A stretch of DNA of 64,000 nt from an uncultured bacterium (GTDB lineage: Bacteria; Verrucomicrobiota; Kiritimatiellia; RFP12; UBA1067): NCBI GenBank assembly GCA_902761035.1, contig CACWIW010000028.1, positions 1,558 to 65,557 on the forward strand. Direction: 5' to 3'. The first letter of the stretch is position 1; every line of letters begins with the position of its first letter. A program made the position numbers and the translations under genes. This document shows positions 53,500 to 62,400 of the stretch, one piece after another. The notes under the pieces were generated by a model. The model saw nothing but the letters and a program-made list of their open reading frames with translations, did not search any database and was not told the DNA's origin.

Positions 53500-55341
53500 A
53501 TGAAAGTAAAAATGAAAGTAATTATTCTTACAATGGCTTGTGGAATGTCCATGTTAATGACGTCGGCGGCCGAGCTGAAGGAGCCTGTGTTCCGCATGAC
53601 CGAGCCGGAGCTACTGGCCGTGCTGAAGGAAAACGGCCTCAACGACAAGGTGACGGCCTGTCAGGAACTCAGCCACGTCGGCTCGTCCGCCGCCGTACCC
53701 GCGCTCGCGGCGCTTTTGACGGATGCCACCGAACCGGCGTTGTTTCTCGCCGCCCGTTATGCGCTTGAGAACATCCCCGGCGTCGAGGCCGAAACTGCGT
53801 TGAAGCGTGCGCTCGCCGTCGTCACGGACGCCAAACGCCGCGGCGGGATTGAAAAGTCGCTTCGTGCGCGCACCGACCCAATCCCCGATGGCTACGCCGG
53901 CGCGAACGAGAAGTTGACCGCGTTTCCGCCGAAGAACGCCGTCCAGAAGGGCGACCTCGCCGCCGTGCCGGCGCTCGTGGAGACGGCGCTCGGTACGGGT
54001 CCCGCAGCCACGCTCGCACGCCGCCATCTGGTCGGCTTCCCGAACGACGGTATTGTGGACGTGTTGCTGGGTCTGTTGGAAGGCGCAGATGTGAAGAAGG
54101 CCCGGCTCGCGCTGGACGTCCTGGGTACCCGCCGCGTGCGCGTGGAGATGTCAAGGTTGTTTGCGTTCGCGCGCACGACGAAACACGAGGGACTTCGCAT
54201 GGAGGCGTTCAAGGCGTTCGCCACGCTGTGCGATCCGGAAGACCTGCCGCAGCTGCTGGCCCTGCTGAAGGAGTTCCCGAAGGCGGACCGTCTGTCTGGA
54301 AGCATCATCCGCGTCGTCGCGCGCGCGTTTGAGATGGACACGACGCCGATAACGGTCATTAAGGCCGAATACGGATTCTTCGGGACTCCGCGTCAGGTTG
54401 CAGACATCATTGGGGGGGTACGTGCGCTTGTCGGGGGTGGCTCGCGTACCATCATGGCGAGCAACCATCTGGCGGGACAAGGCGGTTTCCCGTTCGATCC
54501 CGCGCCGGGCAAGCACAAGGAGCTCCATCTCACATACCGTCTCGGCGACGGACCTGAACTCTCGGCCATCGTGCAGGAGTGCGGCCAAATCAAGTTTACG
54601 GACTGCCGTCTTCCCGAATCGCTGGCGAAGCAGCTCGTCTCAGCCGCACAAGCGGCGACGGGCGACGAGCGGGCCGCGCTCGTGTGCATTATCGACACGC
54701 TCGATCGGCGCGGCATCGTGCCCGGGGCGGACATGGTGCTGTTCCGTCCGATTTTCAACGGCAAGGACCTCACGGGCTGGAGCCAGAAGGACGGCTACTT
54801 CTCCGTCAAGGACGGCGTGATCACCGGCGAATCCACGCCAGATCACCTGTGCAAGCCCAACCACCACCTCGTCTATACCGCCGAGGAGCTGACCGACTTC
54901 GAGCTCCGCGCGGAGTTCCGTCTTTCAAAGGGCGCCAACAGCGGCATCCAGCTGCGTTGCAAGCCGCAGTTCATCGGCGACAACGGCTACCAGGCGGACA
55001 TGAACGGCGGCGGAAACTACGTGGGTTTCCTCTACCATCCCAAGCAGCACCTCATCGGCGCGCGCGGGTCGGACGTGACGATCGACGCGGCGGGCAAGAA
55101 GACTGTCACGCGCTTTGCGGACGGCAAGGCGCTCCAGGACCTCTACCGCGTCGAGCAGTGGAACGACATGCGCGTGAAGGTGGAAGGGCGTACGATTACG
55201 GTGTGGATCAACGGCGTGCGCACCACATCGGTGGTAGACCCGCGTGAGGCGTTCTTCCCGTCGAAGGGGCACATTGCGCTCCAACTCCACCAAGGTCCGC
55301 CGATGAAGGTAGAGTTCCGCAATATCCGCCTTCGACGCTAG
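53500..55341 (+). CDS. Exported HEAT-repeat protein with C-terminal DUF1080 (3-keto-disaccharide hydrolase-like) domain
   Basis: Signal peptide. HEAT-like ELSHVGSSAAVPALAALLTD. C-terminus FNGKDLTGWS...GNSGIQLR...GHIALQLHQGPPMKVEFRNIRL. Confidence 0.75.
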   Translation: MKVKMKVIILTMACGMSMLMTSAAELKEPVFRMTEPELLAVLKENGLNDKVTACQELSHVGSSAAVPALAALLTDATEPALFLAARYALENIPGVEAETALKRALAVVTDAKRRGGIEKSLRARTDPIPDGYAGANEKLTAFPPKNAVQKGDLAAVPALVETALGTGPAATLARRHLVGFPNDGIVDVLLGLLEGADVKKARLALDVLGTRRVRVEMSRLFAFARTTKHEGLRMEAFKAFATLCDPEDLPQLLALLKEFPKADRLSGSIIRVVARAFEMDTTPITVIKAEYGFFGTPRQVADIIGGVRALVGGGSRTIMASNHLAGQGGFPFDPAPGKHKELHLTYRLGDGPELSAIVQECGQIKFTDCRLPESLAKQLVSAAQAATGDERAALVCIIDTLDRRGIVPGADMVLFRPIFNGKDLTGWSQKDGYFSVKDGVITGESTPDHLCKPNHHLVYTAEELTDFELRAEFRLSKGANSGIQLRCKPQFIGDNGYQADMNGGGNYVGFLYHPKQHLIGARGSDVTIDAAGKKTVTRFADGKALQDLYRVEQWNDMRVKVEGRTITVWINGVRTTSVVDPREAFFPSKGHIALQLHQGPPMKVEFRNIRLRR

Positions 55342-55357
55342 GCGTATGAGGTAAAAG

Positions 55358-56056
55358 ATGAAACTAGATCGTATTACAAAATGGCTTGACGATGTCCTGG
55401 ACGTGAAATCGTTCTCGGATGTCTCCAACAACGGCGTGCAGATCGCGCGCACGGGGAACGACGTAAAGAAGGTCGCCTTCGGCGTCGATGCGTCCGTCGC
55501 CTTCATAGAGGCGGCGGCTGAGGCGGGCGCGCAGCTCGCGGTGGTACACCACGGTATCTCGTGGGGCGGAGGCATCGCGCGGATAGTGGACGGCGTGTAC
55601 AACGTCGTCGCGGCGGCTATGCGGCACAACGTGGCGCTCTACGGCGTACACCTGCCGCTTGACGCGAGCCACGCCTACGGCAACAATTACGAGCTTGCTC
55701 GCTATCTCGGGCTCAAGAACCTCAAACCCGCCTTCGTGTACCATGGCGAGACTATCGGCTGCACGGGTACGTTGCCGAACGGGAAGAAGGTCGGTGTCTG
55801 TTCTGGCGGCGCGGGCGAGTTCGCCGCAGACGCGAAGAACATCGGCTGTGACCTCTACATCACAGGCGAGGCGTCCTGGGGCGAGGTTATCATGGCGGAG
55901 AACGCGGGCATGCAGATGATCTGCGCCGGACACTACGCTACGGAGACTTTCGGCGTGAAGGCTCTCGCGAAGGCGATGAAGAAGGCGCTCCGAGTTGATA
56001 CTGTATTCATTCCACGTCCAGACATCCCCAACCTGCAACCTCCGAGGCTCCCATGA
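55358..56056 (+). CDS. NIF3-family dinuclear metal-centre protein (YbgI-like)
   Basis: VSNNGVQI, LAVVHHG, LPLDA, ITGE, AGHYATE. Confidence 0.8.
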   Translation: MKLDRITKWLDDVLDVKSFSDVSNNGVQIARTGNDVKKVAFGVDASVAFIEAAAEAGAQLAVVHHGISWGGGIARIVDGVYNVVAAAMRHNVALYGVHLPLDASHAYGNNYELARYLGLKNLKPAFVYHGETIGCTGTLPNGKKVGVCSGGAGEFAADAKNIGCDLYITGEASWGEVIMAENAGMQMICAGHYATETFGVKALAKAMKKALRVDTVFIPRPDIPNLQPPRLP

Positions 56057-56520
56057 AAATCTCTCTCAACAAAGAATACGCCATCCGTCATCTTGGTGTG
56101 GCCGCCCTCTTTTTCGGCCTGTCGCTCTACTTCCTGTACGACGCGGTATTCGTCTATCCGTACCTGCCTGCCGATGGAACGCACCACACGACGGTGGAGT
56201 TCCAGTACACGTCGGCGGCGCTGCTGGCGTTGCTGTCGTTTGTGGTCGCATTCCGGGTATTCCTCAACTGGCGGGCGACGCTTTCGTGGGACGAAGAGCA
56301 GATGACGGGCACGCTCACATGTGGCGTGCCGCTCAAGTTTGACGCCATAGACCACTTGGACGTAGGAAAATGGGAGCCGAAACAGATTCTCGTCGTGTGC
56401 GCAAAGGACGGCCGCCGCGTAACGCTGGACGCCTGGCATCATGCCGGCGTGCGCGAACTGGCGGAACGGCTTCTTTCCCATGAACCGCCGTATGCGGTTA
56501 CACCCGACGGAAAAATGTGA
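56053..56520 (+). CDS. Hypothetical membrane protein (two predicted TM segments)
   Basis: 155-aa ORF overlapping the NIF3 stop by 4 nt. Hydrophobic segments LGVAALFFGLSLYFLY and AALLALLSFVVAF. Confidence 0.5.
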   Translation: MKISLNKEYAIRHLGVAALFFGLSLYFLYDAVFVYPYLPADGTHHTTVEFQYTSAALLALLSFVVAFRVFLNWRATLSWDEEQMTGTLTCGVPLKFDAIDHLDVGKWEPKQILVVCAKDGRRVTLDAWHHAGVRELAERLLSHEPPYAVTPDGKM

Positions 56521-56538
56521 TATAATATACGCCTCTCC

Positions 56539-56622
56539 GGGCGCGTGGTGAAATGGCAGACACGCTGGATTTAGGTTCCAGTTCCGCAAGGAGTGGGGGT
56601 TCAAGTCCCCCCGCGCCCACCA
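56539..56622 (+). tRNA. tRNA-Leu, anticodon TAG, class II with long variable arm, CCA encoded
   Basis: Folded by hand: acceptor GGGCGCG/CGCGCCC, D-stem GTG/CAC, anticodon stem CTGGA/TCCAG with loop TTTAGGT, variable arm TCC-GCAA-GGA, T-arm GGGGG-TTCAAGT-CCCCC, then ACCA. Confidence 0.9.
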
Positions 56623-56661
56623 GAAAAAGTGTGAACAGAGCAGGCTATCTGGACAATCAGT

Positions 56662-58413
56662 ATGAAGAAAACATTGACACGAGGCGTTCTCGCCGTAGCG
56701 TGTGCGGCGATGTTTGCCGTACACGCCCAAGTGACGGTCACACAGACGATTAAATTGAAGCGAGGTTGGAACGCGGTCTATGTCGAGGTGTCGCCGGCCG
56801 TGTCGCTGGATGAGGCTTTTGCGGATTGGCCGGTAAAATCGGTTGGATTCTACGATCCGGCGTCTTTCCTCGCCACGCGCCAGTTCTCGCAGACGTGGGA
56901 TTCGCAGGGCCTGTCGATGAAGCCCATTGCGATGTGGCATCGCGGCATCCCGGAGGCGTCGCAGATAAAGTACATACCCGCCGGCACGGTGTGCCTCGCA
57001 TTCAGCACGAACGATGAGCAGACTGTGGTGTCCGTGCAGGGCGTCCCCGCCGCACCGCGCATGACGTGGCACGTCACGGATACGAACGATGTCTATAACT
57101 TCGTGGGGTTCTCGCTTCAGCCGGACGCGAAGATCGCGCCGAGCGACTATCTCGAGGGCTTTGACGGAAACTTCACAAAAAGCGGTTTCTACAAATTCGC
57201 CGGCAACGACGAGGATGCGTCGCCGAGCATCACGCGGGTGTACGACACGTCGAAAGTGTCGGACGGCGACGTGCTGCTCGTGGCGACTGACACGCAGAGC
57301 GACTGGTCTGGCGTGCTGAACGTCTCGCCGATGGGCGGGCTTGACTTCGGAAGCGGTTCGTCGAAGGCGACGCTGTCCATCCGCAATGACGGCGAGGAGG
57401 ACCGCACGGTGTCCGTCGCGATGGAGACGTCGCCCTCTTATGGAGACGTGGTGCTGCCGCGCGGCGCAGTGCACATCCGCGATGCGGCGGTGGCGATTAC
57501 GAATGCAACATGGTCTGCGGTTGGCGGATCGGACGCGCCGATTGCGACGAAGCGCCTCGCCGCCGGCGAGACGTGGAAGATCGAATTCGGCATTGACAGG
57601 AAGGTGTTCGACTCGGAAGTGAAGGGCAAGACCTTCGGCGCGCTGCTGCGCGTGACGGACGTGGACGGCAAGTCGAAAATGCGCGTGGACGTTCCGCTCG
57701 TCGGTGAGACGTCCGGAGCCTCCGCCGCGAACAAGGCGTGGCCGGGCGGATTGTGGGTGGCGGATGTCGCCTTCAACCGCATCGTCGTGCCGGACAAGGC
57801 GATGGAGACGGAGACGGGCGGTACGGTGAAGCTGCGTCTTCCGATCCACATCGACGCGAACGGCACGGTGCGTCTCCTGCAGCGCGTCGTGGCGGCGGGC
57901 GAGACGGCGGCGGACGGCACGTACGCCTACCGTCTCTTTGCGGGGACGGCGACGGTCCCGACGACGGCCCATGTCGCGATGCGCATCAGTGCGGTGTGCC
58001 TGCCCACGGAGATGCCCGTCATCGAGGCGACGGGCAGTGAGGGGGCGACGGGCCAGGCTGGCGGCATGAAGTTCGCGTTCACCGTGGCGGGCGGCGGGGC
58101 GACGAGCCTCCTGCGGCATCCGCTCCACCCGCAGCACGACGGGCTCCAGTGGGACTTCAAGACGCCTGCGCCGAACGGCGACGTATTCTCGAACTACAAG
58201 GGCGACGTGAAGCCGGAGACGTTCTCGGTGCAGAACGAGATCACGCTCGCGCTCGACCTGAACGGCGGCGAGGCGGCGTGGAACCCGGAGGAGACGAAGG
58301 GCGGCACGTGCCGCTGGACGCTCACGAACCTCATGCGGCAGGGCCCGATCACGCTTGTCGGCGACATGTCGATCAAGCGCGTCAGCCCCCAGACCGAGCT
58401 CGTGCTGCAGTAG
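56662..58413 (+). CDS. Secreted protein (583 aa), unknown function
   Basis: Signal peptide MKKTLTRGVLAVACAAMFAVHAQ. No recognisable domain. Confidence 0.6.
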   Translation: MKKTLTRGVLAVACAAMFAVHAQVTVTQTIKLKRGWNAVYVEVSPAVSLDEAFADWPVKSVGFYDPASFLATRQFSQTWDSQGLSMKPIAMWHRGIPEASQIKYIPAGTVCLAFSTNDEQTVVSVQGVPAAPRMTWHVTDTNDVYNFVGFSLQPDAKIAPSDYLEGFDGNFTKSGFYKFAGNDEDASPSITRVYDTSKVSDGDVLLVATDTQSDWSGVLNVSPMGGLDFGSGSSKATLSIRNDGEEDRTVSVAMETSPSYGDVVLPRGAVHIRDAAVAITNATWSAVGGSDAPIATKRLAAGETWKIEFGIDRKVFDSEVKGKTFGALLRVTDVDGKSKMRVDVPLVGETSGASAANKAWPGGLWVADVAFNRIVVPDKAMETETGGTVKLRLPIHIDANGTVRLLQRVVAAGETAADGTYAYRLFAGTATVPTTAHVAMRISAVCLPTEMPVIEATGSEGATGQAGGMKFAFTVAGGGATSLLRHPLHPQHDGLQWDFKTPAPNGDVFSNYKGDVKPETFSVQNEITLALDLNGGEAAWNPEETKGGTCRWTLTNLMRQGPITLVGDMSIKRVSPQTELVLQ

Positions 58414-58460
58414 GGGCGATTTTCTGTCAAAACGATTTTATCAGCAAAGGAGAGAAGAAA

Positions 58461-59447
58461 ATGAAGAAATTCGTTATTGGAATCATGTTTGCGGTCGCCG
58501 CAGTCGCGACCCTGCCCTGTGCTGCGGCGGGTGCCGCGTTTACGTACCAGGGCGTCATCAAGGAAGTGGGCGGCGCGGTGCCTGCCAACAAGAACCGGAC
58601 GGTCGAGTTCCGCATCTACGACGGGCCGACGAAGGACACGCCGCTCTGGGGCCGCGCGTACAACGTGCTCCTCGACGCGAACGGTCTCTTCAACACGGCG
58701 ATCACCGATGCGGCGGGCAGCGAAATCAGTGGCGTCACTGGTACGGGCCTTGCGGGCATACTCTCCGGCAATGCGGGCACCACGCTCTACATCGGTCTCA
58801 CGGTGGACAATTCGTCCGGCGAGATATCGCCGCGCCAGGCGCTCCTTGCGGTGCCCTACGCGATCCATGCGTCGGACGCAGCGGCGGCGAGCGGCGACTT
58901 CACGGTCGATGGCCGGACGACCCTGAAGGGCGGCCTCACGGTGTCTGGCGGCTCGGTGACAGTGCCCGCGCTCGAGGCGTCCAGCCTTGTCGTCAACGGC
59001 AACGTCAGGACGGGCACCTCCGGCACGATTTCGGGATACGGCACGATTCCAGTTGGCGGCATCATCATGTGGAGCGGGTCTGCGAGCGATGTTCCGGACG
59101 GCTGGGCTCTCTGCGACGGACGAACTGCCAATGAGCGTAAGACGCCCGACCTCAGGGGTCGGTTCATCGTGGGCTACGACTCTTCCGATTCCGACTACAA
59201 CACCGTCGGCAGGAAGGGCGGCGAGAAGAAGCACACGCTCACGACGGACGAAATGCCGTCCCACAACCACTCCTACGAATTCCGCGCTTACGATCTTACC
59301 GCATCTTGGAAGGATCAACGCAACTTCTACGCGGTCAGCAAGGGCAACAACATGGAAAGCGCCTCCACGAAGAATACCGGCGGCAACCAGGCACACGAGA
59401 ACCGTCCGCCGTACTACGTGATGTGCTTCATCATGCGCGTGAAGTGA
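58461..59447 (+). CDS. Secreted phage-tail-collar (tail fibre-like) domain protein
   Basis: RBS plus MKKFVIGIMFAVAAVATLPCAAAG. Collar motif GGIIMWSGSASDVPDGWALCDGR...PDLRGRFIVG...GGEKKHTLTTDEMPSHNH. Confidence 0.8.
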   Translation: MKKFVIGIMFAVAAVATLPCAAAGAAFTYQGVIKEVGGAVPANKNRTVEFRIYDGPTKDTPLWGRAYNVLLDANGLFNTAITDAAGSEISGVTGTGLAGILSGNAGTTLYIGLTVDNSSGEISPRQALLAVPYAIHASDAAAASGDFTVDGRTTLKGGLTVSGGSVTVPALEASSLVVNGNVRTGTSGTISGYGTIPVGGIIMWSGSASDVPDGWALCDGRTANERKTPDLRGRFIVGYDSSDSDYNTVGRKGGEKKHTLTTDEMPSHNHSYEFRAYDLTASWKDQRNFYAVSKGNNMESASTKNTGGNQAHENRPPYYVMCFIMRVK

Positions 59448-59484
59448 GAGAGTTCGTAAATCGACTGCAATCGAGGGCAATCGA

Positions 59485-62400
59485 ATGCTATCGAAAAAAA
59501 GAATGTGCGCCTTGGCTCTAATGGCCGCGTCAAGCGCGGTCCTTACGGCGCAGGCGGAAAACCCCACGTATGTGCTGGGCGTGCCGGGGGCGCCGACGAT
59601 GTACATTACGTCCACAGCCGAGGACAACCCGTGGCTGGCGAAGAACAACTCATACGCGGCGATGTCCATCGCCGCGACGACCGGCGGCGTCTCGCGCGTG
59701 GTCGCTGCCGATGCGCCACGGCTGGAACTCGCGTCCGCCGAGGCCGGGTTCCCGTTCGAGCGCGCGAAGCCCGACTACTACCTCGCGGACGTCATTGAGC
59801 CGCCGGAGGGCGTCGATTGGACAGCCACCTACGCCGCCTATCTGAAGCGGCCGGAGCAGGAACGTGCGTCGTTCATATTTGACGACGAAGGGCGCCGCGT
59901 GTTCGCCGCGAAGGGCGGCACGGTGATCTTCACCTGGGCGCTCGCCGACGGCACGAGCCGCCGGATGACCTACACGGTCTCGCTCTCCTGTTCGGGACGG
60001 CCCCGGCGCATCTACTGGACTGACTATCCCTACAACAGCCCCAGCATCAACCTGACCGGAAAGTTCGTCAAGTTCTTCGGGAGCGACGAAATCCTGACGA
60101 TCCGCTACGGCAGCGCGACGAACTACACCGCCGGCGTATCGCAAATCGTCACCAACAAGGTCGTGAGCGGACTCTACCTCGATCCCTCCACCAGCATGCT
60201 GAGCGCCTACGGGCAGCTCCAGGGCCAGGTGGTGATGGCCTACTACGACGCTGGTACTTTTGAACGGCTCCTGCACGTGCAGGTGGTCGAGGTGTGCCGT
60301 CCGCAGGTGAACCGCCTCACGGGCGAGATCGGGCGCGCGCTCAAGCCCGACGGGCGCGGCTACGACACGTCAGGCCTGCGTGCGCAGCCGACGTACGTCA
60401 AGCCGTCCGACAACCGCGGCGACTACTATTACCAGCATCAGGGCAGTTTTTCCTACAGCCCCAAGCACGGCAACGTCTATCCTCTCCGACCCACGAAGGA
60501 CTGTCCGTGGAAAATGGAGATTTACTGGATGGAGACGGACGAGATGGAGGTGGACTGGCCGTTCGAGCTCGACCAGTACGAGTGCGACTGGCCGTCGGAC
60601 GCCACGGTCTTCGTGCGTGGCCGCGGCGCCACGGCCCCCGGACGCCCGATCTACGTTCCGTCCGAATACACGGCGACGCTGATGAGCTACCAGGATCCCG
60701 AGGGACACGCCCGCGCCGTCGCGTCGGACGGCACGTTCAGCACGCTCGGCGAGGGCTATTCGCTCCTGAAGCTCGTGGCGGACGACAACGTCTGGTTCGT
60801 GCCGATCCATTCGATTCTCCGCACGAACACGGACTACTTCACGCTCGAATCCTCAGAAGTGCGCGTGGGTGCCGAACTGCGGCTGCGCGGCGGCAGCGAG
60901 TCTGGAACCGCCCCCGGATTCTCGCCGCAGTGCAATCCGTCAAGCCCCGGCTACATCTATGCGGCAGCGTCGGATTACGTGTGGAACCCGAACCTCTACG
61001 TTGCGCCGCAGCCGGACAACATGGGCTCCGTATCGACGACGAACGCGACCTCCTCCGCCTCCTCGGGCGACACCAACAAGTACGAGTCGGTCATCTACGC
61101 CGTCTCCGCCCTGCCAACGCCCGCCTCCCAATGGCCGAAAATCGAGGTCTGGTGGAACACCACGATCCAGGAAGATGGCATGGCGAAGCCGCTCGTGATT
61201 CCCACCCTGCCGCAGGTCTATTCCGTGCGTTGGCCGGAACCGGGCGAGACGCCGCAGATCGTGATCGCCTCGCAGCTCGGCAGCGCGTCGGAATCGATCT
61301 TCTCGCACAACATGGGGTTGTACCTCTCCGAGACGAATTCCACTGCGGCGCTTCCCGAACGCAAGTACTTCGACGCGAACGACGGCGGCACGGTCATGTT
61401 CTGGGTGAAGCCCGGCGAATATGTCCCCAGCGGTCTCTCGCGCAGCGTGGTCGGATTTGGATTCGGTGCGCCTCGGGAGGACCTCACGGTTGCGTTCGTA
61501 GACATCTACAGGCGTAACGGCACGACCTATCTCGCATTCGAGCGTTACGAGGACGCTCGCCACGTGGACTACGCGGATTCCGTGCAGCTTCCGGGTAATG
61601 CCGGATGGCTCCACGTGGCAGTGTGCCTCTCGACAACCGGGACGGTCGTATTCGTGGACGGGCAGAGCGTCTATTCGGGTGACGGCTCGACGGCGGGGAT
61701 CCTCTCCGACGTCTGCTCGGGCGCGATTGGTGCCATGTCCGTGTCGACCGCCTTCACCCGCTCGGGGACGACGGTCGGCGAGGTGCTCTTCTGGAACCGC
61801 GCGCTGTCGGCCGATGAGATCAGGGCCGAGATGTACAAAACCCACTCGGGGCGCGAGAACAACCTCACCGGATGTTTCTCGTTTACCGACGGCAAGGACC
61901 TCGTCGTGACCGGGACCGACCGGCGCACGTTCACCGAGAAGGTCCTCGGAACCGTCTGCACCGCCAACGGGTGCCTCGCCGAGGAAAATGGCCCTCCGGC
62001 CATTGACAAGGGCATGATCGATGCGGACGCGGACACGGTGCCGAGGGTGTACGTGCAGAACGATTCGGGCAATGTCGGCTACAATCCGAACGAAGAACAC
62101 GCGATCGTGCGTGCGGACTCTGGCGGATACGTGGCGTGGGCGCTCCGCTCGGACCTCAACACGGACACGTCCTCCGCGCCGGGTGTGCTCGTGGAGTACG
62201 TGAAAGGCGGGCGCAAGGCGATGCAGTGGTTCGACGTGGCCGTGACCAACTCGGTGTATCCCGAACTCGCAGCAGACTGCGTGGCGGGCAAGGCGTTCCC
62301 CGGTCCGCACCCGATCGACTTCTTCGACGATCCGTGGTGTCCCGAGAATTCGTGGGACGAGCCGGTGGCGACGGCGCCCGCGTTCCGCGACCGCAAGAAC

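Noticed and set aside
56629-56645. Fourth copy of the GTAACC-N16-GTAAAC element upstream of the 583-aa secreted protein gene.
   Set aside because: Only the downstream half is similar (GTGAACAGAGCAG). The -35-equivalent position falls inside the tRNA 3' end and does not match GTAACC. It is mentioned only as a weak link.
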